This document shows, one piece after another, positions 1 through 8,749 of a DNA stretch of 64,000 nt. The position numbers were made by a program, and so were the translations under genes. Positions within the stretch are counted from its first letter, which is position 1. Each line of letters starts with the position of its first letter. The notes under the pieces are model-generated. The model saw only the letters and a program-made list of their open reading frames with translations, made no database searches and was not told where the DNA came from. Source of the DNA: Syntrophomonadaceae bacterium (lineage in GTDB: Bacteria > Bacillota > Syntrophomonadia > Syntrophomonadales > Syntrophomonadaceae); contig JAAYCQ010000147.1 of NCBI GenBank assembly GCA_012729715.1, forward strand, positions 1,624 through 65,623, in the 5' to 3' direction.

Positions 1-1146
1 CTATTTGCGGTACCTAAAATGTGGGTAGATGATGATAGCAATATCGTGGGAAGTAATGATGTAAATTGTGTGGGCATAGAGCATAAGATGGGTATCAAGG
101 GCTCAGCCACCTGTGTTTTAGCATTTGGTGAGGAAAACCAGTGTCGCGGTTATATACTGGGTAATCCTCCTGACGCTGAGGGTAGAGGTGAGGGTATGGC
201 CCAGATGTTCCAGATGATGAATGGGGCCCGTATGGAAACTGGCCATGCCGCCCTGGCTGAGACTGCTCTGGCCTATAATAACGCAGTTGCCTATGCCACT
301 GAGCGCATTCAGGGTCGTCCCATGACTAATCCCAAATCCGAAAGGATTCCCATTATCAAGCATGAAGATGTACGCAGAATGCTCTTGGACCTGAAAGCGT
401 ATACCGAAGCTATGCGGGCATTGATATTTAAAACTTATTACTATTTTGACATTGTCCAGTATTCCACGGATCCGGAGGAAGTAAGAAGGGTGAAGGCCCG
501 GCTGGAAGTAAATACTCCCATAGTAAAGGCCTATTGCTCCGACCGGGCCTGGGAACTGACGGCTGAAGCCATGCAAGTGTTTGGCGGCAACGGCTATTCG
601 GAAGAATATCCTATCGCCGAGCTCTGCAGAGATGTAAAGATATACTCGATATGGGAAGGTACTAACTATATACAATCAATGGACCTGATAGGTCGTAAAT
701 GGATGATGGGTAAGGGGAAAGTTTTTGCTGACTGGCTGGCGGACATAGAAGAATTTGCTACGGCTAATGCCAGTGTAGCTGGTTTTGAAAAAGAAATGGA
801 AATACTCCTGCGGGCAGTTAATGCCTATAAAGAGATTCAGAGCACTATAGCTTCGTATTTTATGAATCAAAAGATTTCCATGATGCCGCTTTATGCCACC
901 AGGATACTGCAGGCCACCGGCGAACTAATTTGCGGGCAGCTTATACTAGAACAGGCATTGGTAGCTCAGAAAAAGATTGATGAACTGGGTAGTGACCATT
1001 ATGACTATCCCTTCTATAATGGCAAGGTAAATGCAGCTAAATATTTTGTAAGAAATATAGTACCCAATATCTTCAGAACCCTGGAAGTGGTAAAAGAAGG
1101 TGACACCTCGGTACTCGAGATTGTGGAAGAGGCATTCCTGGTATAG
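1..1146 (+). CDS. acyl-CoA dehydrogenase, long (about 600 aa) type; C-terminal part only, 5' end lies outside the window
   Basis: The frame is open from base 1. It is about 60% identical by eye to the C-terminal two thirds of the complete paralogue at 2596-4437. Shared blocks are GEGMAQMFQMMNGARMETGHAAL, ERIQGRPxTNPK and RDVKIYSIWEGTNYIQSMDLIGRKW. Confidence 0.88.
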   Translation, partial: LFAVPKMWVDDDSNIVGSNDVNCVGIEHKMGIKGSATCVLAFGEENQCRGYILGNPPDAEGRGEGMAQMFQMMNGARMETGHAALAETALAYNNAVAYATERIQGRPMTNPKSERIPIIKHEDVRRMLLDLKAYTEAMRALIFKTYYYFDIVQYSTDPEEVRRVKARLEVNTPIVKAYCSDRAWELTAEAMQVFGGNGYSEEYPIAELCRDVKIYSIWEGTNYIQSMDLIGRKWMMGKGKVFADWLADIEEFATANASVAGFEKEMEILLRAVNAYKEIQSTIASYFMNQKISMMPLYATRILQATGELICGQLILEQALVAQKKIDELGSDHYDYPFYNGKVNAAKYFVRNIVPNIFRTLEVVKEGDTSVLEIVEEAFLV

Positions 1147-1202
1147 GGGGATAGGTGAACAAATTAGTCTGGAGAGGGTTTAAATCCTTTCCAGACAGTT
1201 AT

Positions 1203-1234
1203 AAAAAAAGCAGGTATTACACCTGCCTTTTTTT
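1203..1234. terminator. bidirectional intrinsic terminator between convergent acd and the acetate channel gene
   Basis: A-run, then stem gcaggt/acctgc (1210-1215 and 1221-1226), then a T-run at 1228-1234. Confidence 0.7.
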
Positions 1235-1256
1235 ATTTAAAAGAATCTATTTTGAA

Positions 1257-1913
1257 CTATTTAGACTGTGCCGCCTTAGTCCAGGGACCGAAGGGTGCAC
1301 CGATAGGAAGTACGGTATATCCGTAGTGAGTATTAAGTACGGTGGCAGCTGATCCATAGAAAGAGAAGATCGCGATACCCAGTTCAGCATAAGCAGCCAG
1401 CACATGCCAGGCTTCTCCACCCCAGCCCAGGGTGCTCATGAATAAACCCAGGAAGAGCAGGTCAATCAAGAAGAAAATAATAAATAGTACCTTATTAGCC
1501 CCCATGGCTCCAATGGTCATGTACATAGTAAAAATAAAATAACCCAGGAAGGCAAAACCCAGCTGGTGAATATCAATTACCGCATCCGGGCGCATACCAA
1601 ACATACCATTGCCTATCATCCAGGTCATGCCTACGCCAAACCAGAAGAAACCATATCCGCAAAACGCGGTGGCACCGAAAGTATTGTTATGCTTAAAATC
1701 AAATATACCGGCTACAAACTGGGCTGTAGCTCCTAGAAATATTGCCCAGGGAATAATGTAAGCGGTTCCCTCAGTAATCCCCAGTTTTTGTGTACAGGCC
1801 ACCAGGGTTACCATAGCTAATCCTAATAATCCGAGTGGTGATGGATTGGCAACCACCGTTTGAATATGACCAGTAACCAGAGTTTCATTTCCATTTGCAT
1901 TTACCTTTGCCAT
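1257..1913 (-). CDS. GPR1/FUN34/YaaH family acetate (succinate-acetate) channel
   Basis: 218 aa with six hydrophobic segments. The N-terminal signature NPSPLGLLGLA matches the NPAPLGL motif of the SatP/YaaH family. Confidence 0.85.
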   Translation of the reverse strand: MAKVNANGNETLVTGHIQTVVANPSPLGLLGLAMVTLVACTQKLGITEGTAYIIPWAIFLGATAQFVAGIFDFKHNNTFGATAFCGYGFFWFGVGMTWMIGNGMFGMRPDAVIDIHQLGFAFLGYFIFTMYMTIGAMGANKVLFIIFFLIDLLFLGLFMSTLGWGGEAWHVLAAYAELGIAIFSFYGSAATVLNTHYGYTVLPIGAPFGPWTKAAQSK

Positions 1914-2595
1914 AATTCCCTCCCTAATATGCTAAAAATATTTTTTATATCAAAAAAGAACTCCCCCTTACCCCCCTTTCTCCAGGATAGAAATAAATAT
2001 TTATTATTCCCCCTTGTATATTCAACATCATTTCCCAAAATCCTGTTGACTTTGTGACTTTTTTCATTTTTTAACCTTCATTACTGCCCAACCTGTCCAA
2101 ATCGCAGATATTATCCCGATTTAAGGCTAATTAACATTTTAGATTTTACGGGTTCGGAAATTCCTTTTCTCTTTACTCATGCATGGGCTAAGGCTATAAT
2201 AAATATATATAAAGATAAAATGGTATTATGTGAATGGTATGGTAATAAAGACATTTTAAGGATTCTTTGTGCCATTCTAATTAAGTTCAGGCAGTTGGTT
2301 ATATTTATGTTTGTAAAGGAAACTCTACAGCGGAATACCATTAGGGTGGAAGTGGTCAGAGCCATTGTAGGGTAGCAAAGACCACAATGATATTCTCCTG
2401 TAGGGATTATTCCTGGATTAAAAGGGAGGTGATCAAAGGGGGATTTACTAGTTTCCTGCACTGCAGGCATACCTGGGGGAAGTTTAAGTATATTTAGAAA
2501 AAGGGGGAGCTTCCTTAACAAGTGATACAGCCTATATATAACATTGGATTGCATATTGGGGGGGGCCTCCTTAAAAATGGAGGGAGTATAGAAAT

Positions 2596-4437
2596 ATGGC
2601 TGCTAATTTTGCATATCAAAATATAAGAGATTTTGAGTTTATTATTCAAGAATGGCTACCCACGGAGAAGATTTTTAATTATCCGCAATTTGCCGACTAT
2701 TATTCCAAAGACGATATCAAATCAGTTCTGGGACCAATTCTTAAAATGGCCAAAGAGGTCGTAGAACCCACTAATGAGGATGGCGACCTAAATCCGGTTA
2801 AATTAGAGAACGGTAAAGTTACCCTGCCACCAACCTTTGGACCGCTTTTCAAACAGTTGCAAGAGGAAGGCTGGGGAACCAGTAATATTGATGAATCCGA
2901 AGACGCCATGGTATTACCGCATATCCTGCATTCAATGGTATGGGAAATGCTGGCTGCGGCCAATCCCACTTTTGGCCCTTATATTATATTAACCAGTGGT
3001 GCTGCCGGACTGATTCAGAGTTTCGGTGACGACCACCTGAAAGAAATGTTCTTACCCAAGATGATGGACGGAACCTGGTCCGGAACCATGTGCTTGACTG
3101 AACCTACTGCCGGTTCCGACGTAGGCGACATTTTATCCCGGGCTTATCCTACCGATGATCCTCGTCTTTTCAAAATTAAGGGAAGCAAAATATTTATAAC
3201 CGGTGGAGACAATGACTTCACCGAAAATATTATTCACCTCTACCTGGCCCGTATTGAGGGTTCCAAGCCGGGTACCAAGGGCATTTCCCTTTTCGTAGTA
3301 CCGAAATACTGGGTTAACGAAGATGGCAGCCTGGGTGAACTAAACGATGTCGAAACTACTGCTGCCGAGCATAAGCTGGGACAGCATGGATCCTGCACTG
3401 CGGCTCTGTCCTTTGGCGAAAACAACACCTGCCGCGGCTGGCTTTTGGGTGTAGACCCACGGGAAAACGATGGCAAAGGCGAAGGTATGGCTCAGATGTT
3501 CCAGATGATGAACGGTGCTCGTATGGAGACCGGACATGCTGCTCTGTCCTGCATTGCCAACGCTTACTATAACGCTCGTGACTACGCTAAAGAGAGAATT
3601 CAGGGACGCCCGCTGACCAATCCCAAGGGCGACCGGGTTACTATTATAAACCATGAAGACATCAAACGGGCTCTGCTCTGCGGCAAAGCTCATGTTGAAG
3701 CCATGAGAGCCATGATGTACAAGACCTACTTCGCTTTTGACGTACGTGCCCATGATCCGAATGAGGAAGAAAGAGCCAAAGCCAATGAACTGATAGAAGT
3801 AAGTACTCCGCTTTGTAAAGCTTATCCTTCCGATGAAGCCTGGTGGCTGATCGGTGAAGCCATTCAGTGTTATGGTGGCTATGGATACTGTGAAGAATAT
3901 CCGGTAGCCCAGATTGCCCGTGATGTAAAAATCTACTCCATCTGGGAAGGAACCAACTATATCCAGTCCATGGACCTGATTGGACGCAAATGGCTGATGA
4001 AGAAGGGTGCAGCTTTTGGAGGATTTGTCCAGGAAATGAGAGATTTCTTCGAAGCTAACAAGGGTGCCGAAGGCTTCGAAAAAGAATTTGAAAACCTGGG
4101 TCGGGCACTGGATGCCTACACCCAGATTCAGATGGCTATCGGCGGCTATTTTGGCAATAAGCAATATGGCATGATGCCGACCTTTGCCCGCCGCATCCTG
4201 ACTGCTACCTCTCAGCTCTACTGTGGCCGTCTAATCCTTGACCAGGCCTTGCTGGCAGCCAAGAAGGCTCAAGAAGTTGGTCCTGACCACTTCGACTATG
4301 AATTCTATACCGGTAAGGTACTTGCTGCCCGTTACTATCTCAGGAATGTAGTTCCCAATGTATGGGCAGTAGCTGAAATCGTTAAAGACGGAGACACCTC
4401 GGTTCTCGATATTCCCATTGGAGCATTTGAATACTAA
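2596..4437 (+). CDS. acyl-CoA dehydrogenase, long type
   Basis: 613 aa with RBS ggaggga 8 nt upstream. It carries the ACAD middle-domain motif GTMCLTEPTAGSDVG and C-terminal blocks YPVAQIARDVKIYSIWEGTNYIQ. Confidence 0.92.
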   Translation: MAANFAYQNIRDFEFIIQEWLPTEKIFNYPQFADYYSKDDIKSVLGPILKMAKEVVEPTNEDGDLNPVKLENGKVTLPPTFGPLFKQLQEEGWGTSNIDESEDAMVLPHILHSMVWEMLAAANPTFGPYIILTSGAAGLIQSFGDDHLKEMFLPKMMDGTWSGTMCLTEPTAGSDVGDILSRAYPTDDPRLFKIKGSKIFITGGDNDFTENIIHLYLARIEGSKPGTKGISLFVVPKYWVNEDGSLGELNDVETTAAEHKLGQHGSCTAALSFGENNTCRGWLLGVDPRENDGKGEGMAQMFQMMNGARMETGHAALSCIANAYYNARDYAKERIQGRPLTNPKGDRVTIINHEDIKRALLCGKAHVEAMRAMMYKTYFAFDVRAHDPNEEERAKANELIEVSTPLCKAYPSDEAWWLIGEAIQCYGGYGYCEEYPVAQIARDVKIYSIWEGTNYIQSMDLIGRKWLMKKGAAFGGFVQEMRDFFEANKGAEGFEKEFENLGRALDAYTQIQMAIGGYFGNKQYGMMPTFARRILTATSQLYCGRLILDQALLAAKKAQEVGPDHFDYEFYTGKVLAARYYLRNVVPNVWAVAEIVKDGDTSVLDIPIGAFEY

Positions 4438-4451
4438 AAATATACTACCAG

Positions 4452-4477
4452 GCCCCCGCTTAGCGGGGGCTTTTTTT
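4452..4477 (+). terminator. intrinsic terminator of acd
   Basis: Stem gcccccgc/gcgggggc with a 3-nt loop, followed by TTTTTTT. Confidence 0.85.
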
Positions 4478-4483
4478 ATTGGC

Positions 4484-4512
4484 AAAAAAAAACCGTCCTA
4501 ATAAGGACGGTT
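4484..4512 (-). terminator. intrinsic terminator oriented for a minus-strand transcript
   Basis: Stem aaccgtcct/aggacggtt is preceded on the plus strand by A9, which reads as a U-run on the minus strand. No annotated minus-strand gene lies upstream of it. Confidence 0.55.
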
Positions 4513-4746
4513 ATGCTCATATATATTAACAAGTAATTGTTATATGAGCATTTTAAAAAGAGGGAAGGGAAAGTAAGGCTTACAATAAAGTTAATTGTTA
4601 ACTTGATAGTCAAGCTGAGAGTTTGAGCTGCTATGAGGGGTACTTCATAATTTGTTATCAGCTTAAGATTAGCGATTTTGCAGGGTTTACACTTTATTGC
4701 TCCACCTGATAACAATTTATGAAGAGAAGGGAGGAAAGGTGCTACT

Positions 4747-5238
4747 TTGGAAGAAAGATTTTTTAAAATTGGTGAAGTGGCAGAAATATTAGAAATAGAA
4801 CAGCATACCCTGCGCTATTTGGAAAACTCCCTCAAGTTAAAAATTAAAAGGAATGAGCGGGGTGATCGCCTCTATACTGATTCTGACCTTGACACCCTGA
4901 GACTGGTTCTGCAATTAAAAGACAAGGGGCTTAATACCACAGCTATAAAACTGGCTCTGGAAAATACCGAGGAAAGTGAAGAAACTAGTCTGGCTCCCAA
5001 AAGCGGGGCAGCTACTCAAGACCTGGTGGAAATGGTATCCCTGACCCGGCAGATTGTAGAGCAAAATACGGAATTAATGCAACAAAACCGGCGTTTAGAA
5101 CAAAGGATGGAGAAGTTAGAACAGAAAATTGAGCAGAGAAATCTGGATAAGGAAAAAAAGATAGATGAGTTTTTAACTCTCTGGAAAGCCGACCAGGAAG
5201 CAAAAAAATCCTGGCTCTCGCGCCTAAGGGGTAAGTAA
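4747..5238 (+). CDS. MerR-family HTH protein with a C-terminal coiled coil
   Basis: The N-terminus FKIGEVAEILEIEQHTLRYLE ... LYTDSDLDTLRLVLQLKDKGL is a MerR-type wHTH. The C-terminal half is Q/E/K-rich heptad-like. It has a TTG start with RBS gggagga upstream. Confidence 0.8.
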   Translation: MEERFFKIGEVAEILEIEQHTLRYLENSLKLKIKRNERGDRLYTDSDLDTLRLVLQLKDKGLNTTAIKLALENTEESEETSLAPKSGAATQDLVEMVSLTRQIVEQNTELMQQNRRLEQRMEKLEQKIEQRNLDKEKKIDEFLTLWKADQEAKKSWLSRLRGK

Positions 5239-5466
5239 GTTTAATGCACGCGGATCACGCGGATGAGGCCGGATTTACGCTGATTTTTTTGACACTGAAT
5301 ACAGTGCTACCTAAATAGTACCGATAGGTACATCCGTGTCGTAATCTGTTTTCATAGGTGGTTACATGTGCCTAGCAAACATGGAGGTTAACGACTAGTT
5401 CCTTATTAATATTCAGTGTTAATCATAAAAAATCAGTGTTATTCAGTGTCTAATAAAGTCTATTTT
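5239..5466. repeat. mosaic intergenic repeat, family A (AGAAAATAGAC terminus plus arrays of 8-10 nt words)
   Basis: The reverse complement of 5400-5468 aligns with 12905-12966 (agaaaatagaNc..ttagacaYtgaataYactga..aacactgaat). Word arrays are cacgcggatcacgcggat at 5247-5264 and attcagtgtt..attcagtgtc at 5411-5450. Confidence 0.75.
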
Positions 5467-7164
5467 CTATCCCATTAATTGCAGAAAGGCCAGTAGTTTA
5501 TACATTAATAGAACGGAATAATCAGAGGAAGGCTGGCTGGAGAATTGGTCCAGGTATTCCTCAAAGTCCTGTAGCAGGCGGGGATTAGTGTCCGGGTAGA
5601 GCCGGATTAAATCCAGGGCGGTTTCCTGATGAGAGAGTAGATTGGGAAAAAGCTGCTTCTCATTCACTGCGCTGTTAAGTTTGTTATTATCTTTGCCCAC
5701 TTCCATAGTAGAGGCGCCCAGATTCAGGTAGAGGTCTACCAAATCCTGCTCTATTTCCTCATCATCAACTTGTAAAACCAAGTCCTGTCCCATGAATTGT
5801 TCCACTTGAGCTTGCAGGTCAGCCGAATCCAGCTCATGAACCCTTAATTTAAGGCTATTAGTATTAGTTGCCAGGTTATAAGGCGAAGCGACTGGAACCG
5901 TAAAAATTTTGTGCCTGCCGTTAATATCAAGCTCCAGATTCTCAGTATCAAAGGGTAGCTTTTCCAGAATAGTTCCGGTTCCAACCGGATTCCATTTCTC
6001 AATAAAAAAATTAAAGGGATAAATGGTTTTTACCCTTAAAAAAGAGGATGATCCTGCTTGCTTCCACTGGGATAACCCTCTGACTACGTTAAAACTAAGA
6101 TCCTGGGGATGAATAATTTCAGGTCCAGGACATATATCAGCTATCAACTGGTTTACTCCCCGGGTTTGCGAAGCTCCCCCTAGCAGCAAGAGATAATCCA
6201 GAATGAAACGACCTTCCCGGGAAAAACCAAGTAATTCCCCTTTTTCCCGGACGCGTTCATTAATATATTTTTTTAAACGGGTAAAAACAGGCTCCAGCTG
6301 TGCCATGAACAGTTCTGCCGGCAAATCAAAAACTAAAGAATCCTGCTGGTAGAATCCTGGTATGTTAAAATATGCACTACTTTGCCTGCCAATTGCTACC
6401 TTGACCTGTTCCGCTGTTACCATAAGGCGGTTGAACCAGTATCTTTCTTCTCCCTGTAAATTCTTTTCGCTGGTGATAGGGGCAGGTATATCATAACCGT
6501 GTTGCATCTTAAATAGAGGGTTTAAGATAAAACGTAAAACTCCCCGATCCAGCTCGCTGCCAGAAAAGGCATCATGCCCAATCTGAAACTGACTCTCCAT
6601 GACAATTTCATTGTGTTTATGAGTCATACTAAGAAAACTGAAGTCAGTAGTCCCGCCACCTATATCCACACAGAGTATGTCTCCTTCTAATTGCTCCTGA
6701 GCATGAATAGCATTATAGCCCAGTAAAGCAGCAACTGGCTCTGGCAGAAGGTAGACTTCGCTAAGGCCGAAACTTTGACGAACCGCTTCCAGTAACATTT
6801 TTCTAGGTTTAAGCCCAAAATAATTAGGGACTGAAACCGTAATGGATTCCAGCTCCCCTCGCCACACCTCTACATATTCATCCCGCAGATAATTAAAATA
6901 TTCCCTGAGTATATCATTCAGGGTAAATGGTCCTAGCCTAAAGTCCGGGTTGCGCTTCATTTCCAGCTTAAAAAAACGGACTTCCTCAGCTCCCGGCTGG
7001 TTAAGCCGCATCGCCATTTTGCCGAAAAATAGCTTTTCGCGTGAGGGTAGGTAAACTACCAGGGTAGGTATCTGGTTTTCCTCACCAACCAGATTAATAA
7101 AATTGCCCTGGTCCATATACCCCAATTTAGTATATGAAGTTCCAAAGTCTATTCCCAGGTGCAT
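5467..7164 (-). CDS. Hsp70/actin-fold ATPase with a non-DnaK C-terminal region
   Basis: Phosphate-1 GIDFGTSYTK lies at residues 4-13 when the ATG at 7164 is used. Phosphate-2 is VDIGGGTTDFS and the adenosine motif is LLLGGASQTRGV. The start at 7164 sits 4 nt after the stop of the upstream gene. The 7224 start in the ORF track would overlap that gene by 56 nt. Confidence 0.85.
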   Translation of the reverse strand: MHLGIDFGTSYTKLGYMDQGNFINLVGEENQIPTLVVYLPSREKLFFGKMAMRLNQPGAEEVRFFKLEMKRNPDFRLGPFTLNDILREYFNYLRDEYVEVWRGELESITVSVPNYFGLKPRKMLLEAVRQSFGLSEVYLLPEPVAALLGYNAIHAQEQLEGDILCVDIGGGTTDFSFLSMTHKHNEIVMESQFQIGHDAFSGSELDRGVLRFILNPLFKMQHGYDIPAPITSEKNLQGEERYWFNRLMVTAEQVKVAIGRQSSAYFNIPGFYQQDSLVFDLPAELFMAQLEPVFTRLKKYINERVREKGELLGFSREGRFILDYLLLLGGASQTRGVNQLIADICPGPEIIHPQDLSFNVVRGLSQWKQAGSSSFLRVKTIYPFNFFIEKWNPVGTGTILEKLPFDTENLELDINGRHKIFTVPVASPYNLATNTNSLKLRVHELDSADLQAQVEQFMGQDLVLQVDDEEIEQDLVDLYLNLGASTMEVGKDNNKLNSAVNEKQLFPNLLSHQETALDLIRLYPDTNPRLLQDFEEYLDQFSSQPSSDYSVLLMYKLLAFLQLMG

Positions 7165-7168
7165 AGCC

Positions 7169-8749
7169 TTAACCCTTCTGGGCGATGACCAGGTAAGGAA
7201 TTTCCTCCTCCAGCAGTTCATCAACCCGAATAATAAAAAGATCCCCTTCTTCGTGCAATATCAGGTTATCTTCCTGGTCATCCTGGCAGAGGTGGGTTTC
7301 AACCAGATGCTTGTCTAAGAGATAAATATATTCCGAGGGCAATACTTGTCCCTTCTGCAGGGGAATCCGGTCAACTTTGATGTTTACTTCTTTCCAAGCT
7401 CGCGATATATTACGGGGAGCCAGTATTCTCTCCAGGTCACCCCGGATATTGGCCAGTATATTCAGGTAGTTATCCAACATATTAACAATAGTTAATAAGT
7501 GTTTGAGAACTTCATTATGATGTTCCTGCTTCTGGTTTAGTAAATCTATCCTGGTTGTAAGTAAAGAAAGTTGTAGTTCTACCCGGTTTAGCCCGTTAAG
7601 CAGCTCGGGGAAACAAATTAACTCTTTGGTAGCTAACGAACCTCTAAGCAGGAATGACGCCGGCTCTAAAATCTCTTGAATTTTAGTACTGAAATAGGTG
7701 AAATCAGGCTCTCCGGAGCCGGATAATTCACTGGTTATGCCGGTAATTGTTTTCACTATATTAAGACTGTCATCATTTAATTTATTTACAGTGTCGATAA
7801 GCATTTTATTCGGACTGATAGCTGTGGATAAAATCGGGGTATACGGGGAGGCCTTTTCTAAAAGCATAGTTAAACCAGCTAAAAAGTTTTCTAAATTTGT
7901 TACACTACGATTAAGAACTTCGGACTGTTCACTGACCAGACCAAGTTGAATGGCATCAAGATAGAGGCTAATTGTAGATTTAACGTGAACCTCATAAAAG
8001 TTTATTAAGGTCTCAGTATCAGCCGTCCGTGAAAATACCGGTGTTCTCTTTTTTATTTCCTCAATTATCCCGCTAATTTGCTTACTATCCTGCCGAGGTT
8101 GAACCCGGGATAAGGCCTTTACCGGGTAGGTTAGATAAACCAGCAAGCGGTTAATGGCATCAGCCTGAAGGTGGTTGTTGCGATCCAGTGAAGAAATCAT
8201 CTGCAGTGCGGGAATAGCTGCCGGGTGGGTTTGAACTAAAAACATTAATTCCCCGTCTTTTAACCAAGTATTAATCCTGGAGATTAAGGCATTAAGATTA
8301 ACAAATTCATTTTCCAACTGCTTTAAGGTATATAATAACTCCACTGCACGGTGGTCTTGCTCCCGGCTAAGAGACAATAGACTCTGGCCTGCATTTTCCC
8401 TGGACTTGTTACATATGGATAAAATACTTTTAACCTGATTATACAGTTTAGCATAACGTTTAATATTAGCCATGATATCCATTTTAACCATGGTTTCCTG
8501 TCTGCTTAATTTCAGCAACTGGGAAACCTCTTCCTGAACTGAGCTACGGTAACGAGGAAAAAGCCGTTCGGTAAAGCTGCGATAATAAAAAGAGTTAAGC
8601 TCAAAAATATAATTATCCAGCTCTTCACCCATTTCTGCAAAAGAGGGAGAGGGAAGGGACTGTTCTATTTCCTGTCGCAGCGAGGATAAAACTTGCTCCA
8701 GTTTGGCGGCAAAAAAATCCGGGTTAAATTTTTCATTGCAATCCATCAT
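7169..8749 (-). CDS. hypothetical protein, 526 aa, predicted helical/coiled coil
   Basis: Long ORF with no family motif I recognise. Its start codon overlaps the stop of the upstream gene (ATGA at 8746-8749), and the Hsp70-like gene follows 4 nt downstream. Confidence 0.7.
   Translation of the reverse strand: MMDCNEKFNPDFFAAKLEQVLSSLRQEIEQSLPSPSFAEMGEELDNYIFELNSFYYRSFTERLFPRYRSSVQEEVSQLLKLSRQETMVKMDIMANIKRYAKLYNQVKSILSICNKSRENAGQSLLSLSREQDHRAVELLYTLKQLENEFVNLNALISRINTWLKDGELMFLVQTHPAAIPALQMISSLDRNNHLQADAINRLLVYLTYPVKALSRVQPRQDSKQISGIIEEIKKRTPVFSRTADTETLINFYEVHVKSTISLYLDAIQLGLVSEQSEVLNRSVTNLENFLAGLTMLLEKASPYTPILSTAISPNKMLIDTVNKLNDDSLNIVKTITGITSELSGSGEPDFTYFSTKIQEILEPASFLLRGSLATKELICFPELLNGLNRVELQLSLLTTRIDLLNQKQEHHNEVLKHLLTIVNMLDNYLNILANIRGDLERILAPRNISRAWKEVNIKVDRIPLQKGQVLPSEYIYLLDKHLVETHLCQDDQEDNLILHEEGDLFIIRVDELLEEEIPYLVIAQKG

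Noticed and set aside
118-870. Antisense ORFs inside the first acyl-CoA dehydrogenase (118-675 and 676-870, minus strand). Many similar ones lie inside other strong CDSs, for example 3340-4164, 23144-23473, 23802-24350, 28029-28535, 44395-44941 and 46620-47069.
   Set aside because: They lie entirely opposite genes with clear family motifs. They have no RBS, and their composition (S/P/G/L-rich) is typical of antisense frames. I treat them as spurious.
2177-2554. 125-aa minus-strand ORF in the 680-nt gap between the acetate channel gene and acd.
   Set aside because: It has no RBS, low-complexity non-protein-like sequence and AT-rich promoter-like surroundings. The region is more likely to be a divergent control region.
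4476-4715. 79-aa minus-strand ORF upstream of the MerR-like gene.
   Set aside because: It reads straight through the hairpin and U-run of the terminator at 4484-4512 and ends beyond it. It has no convincing RBS. The region is better explained as non-coding and structured.
7165-7224. Longer start (7224) for the Hsp70-like gene as given in the ORF track. Similar 5' extensions occur at 11486, 20107, 32924, 35424, 39803, 46575, 48078 and 56527.
   Set aside because: The extensions overlap upstream genes or repeat elements and lack an RBS. Internal ATGs with a good SD place conserved N-terminal motifs at the expected distance from the start.
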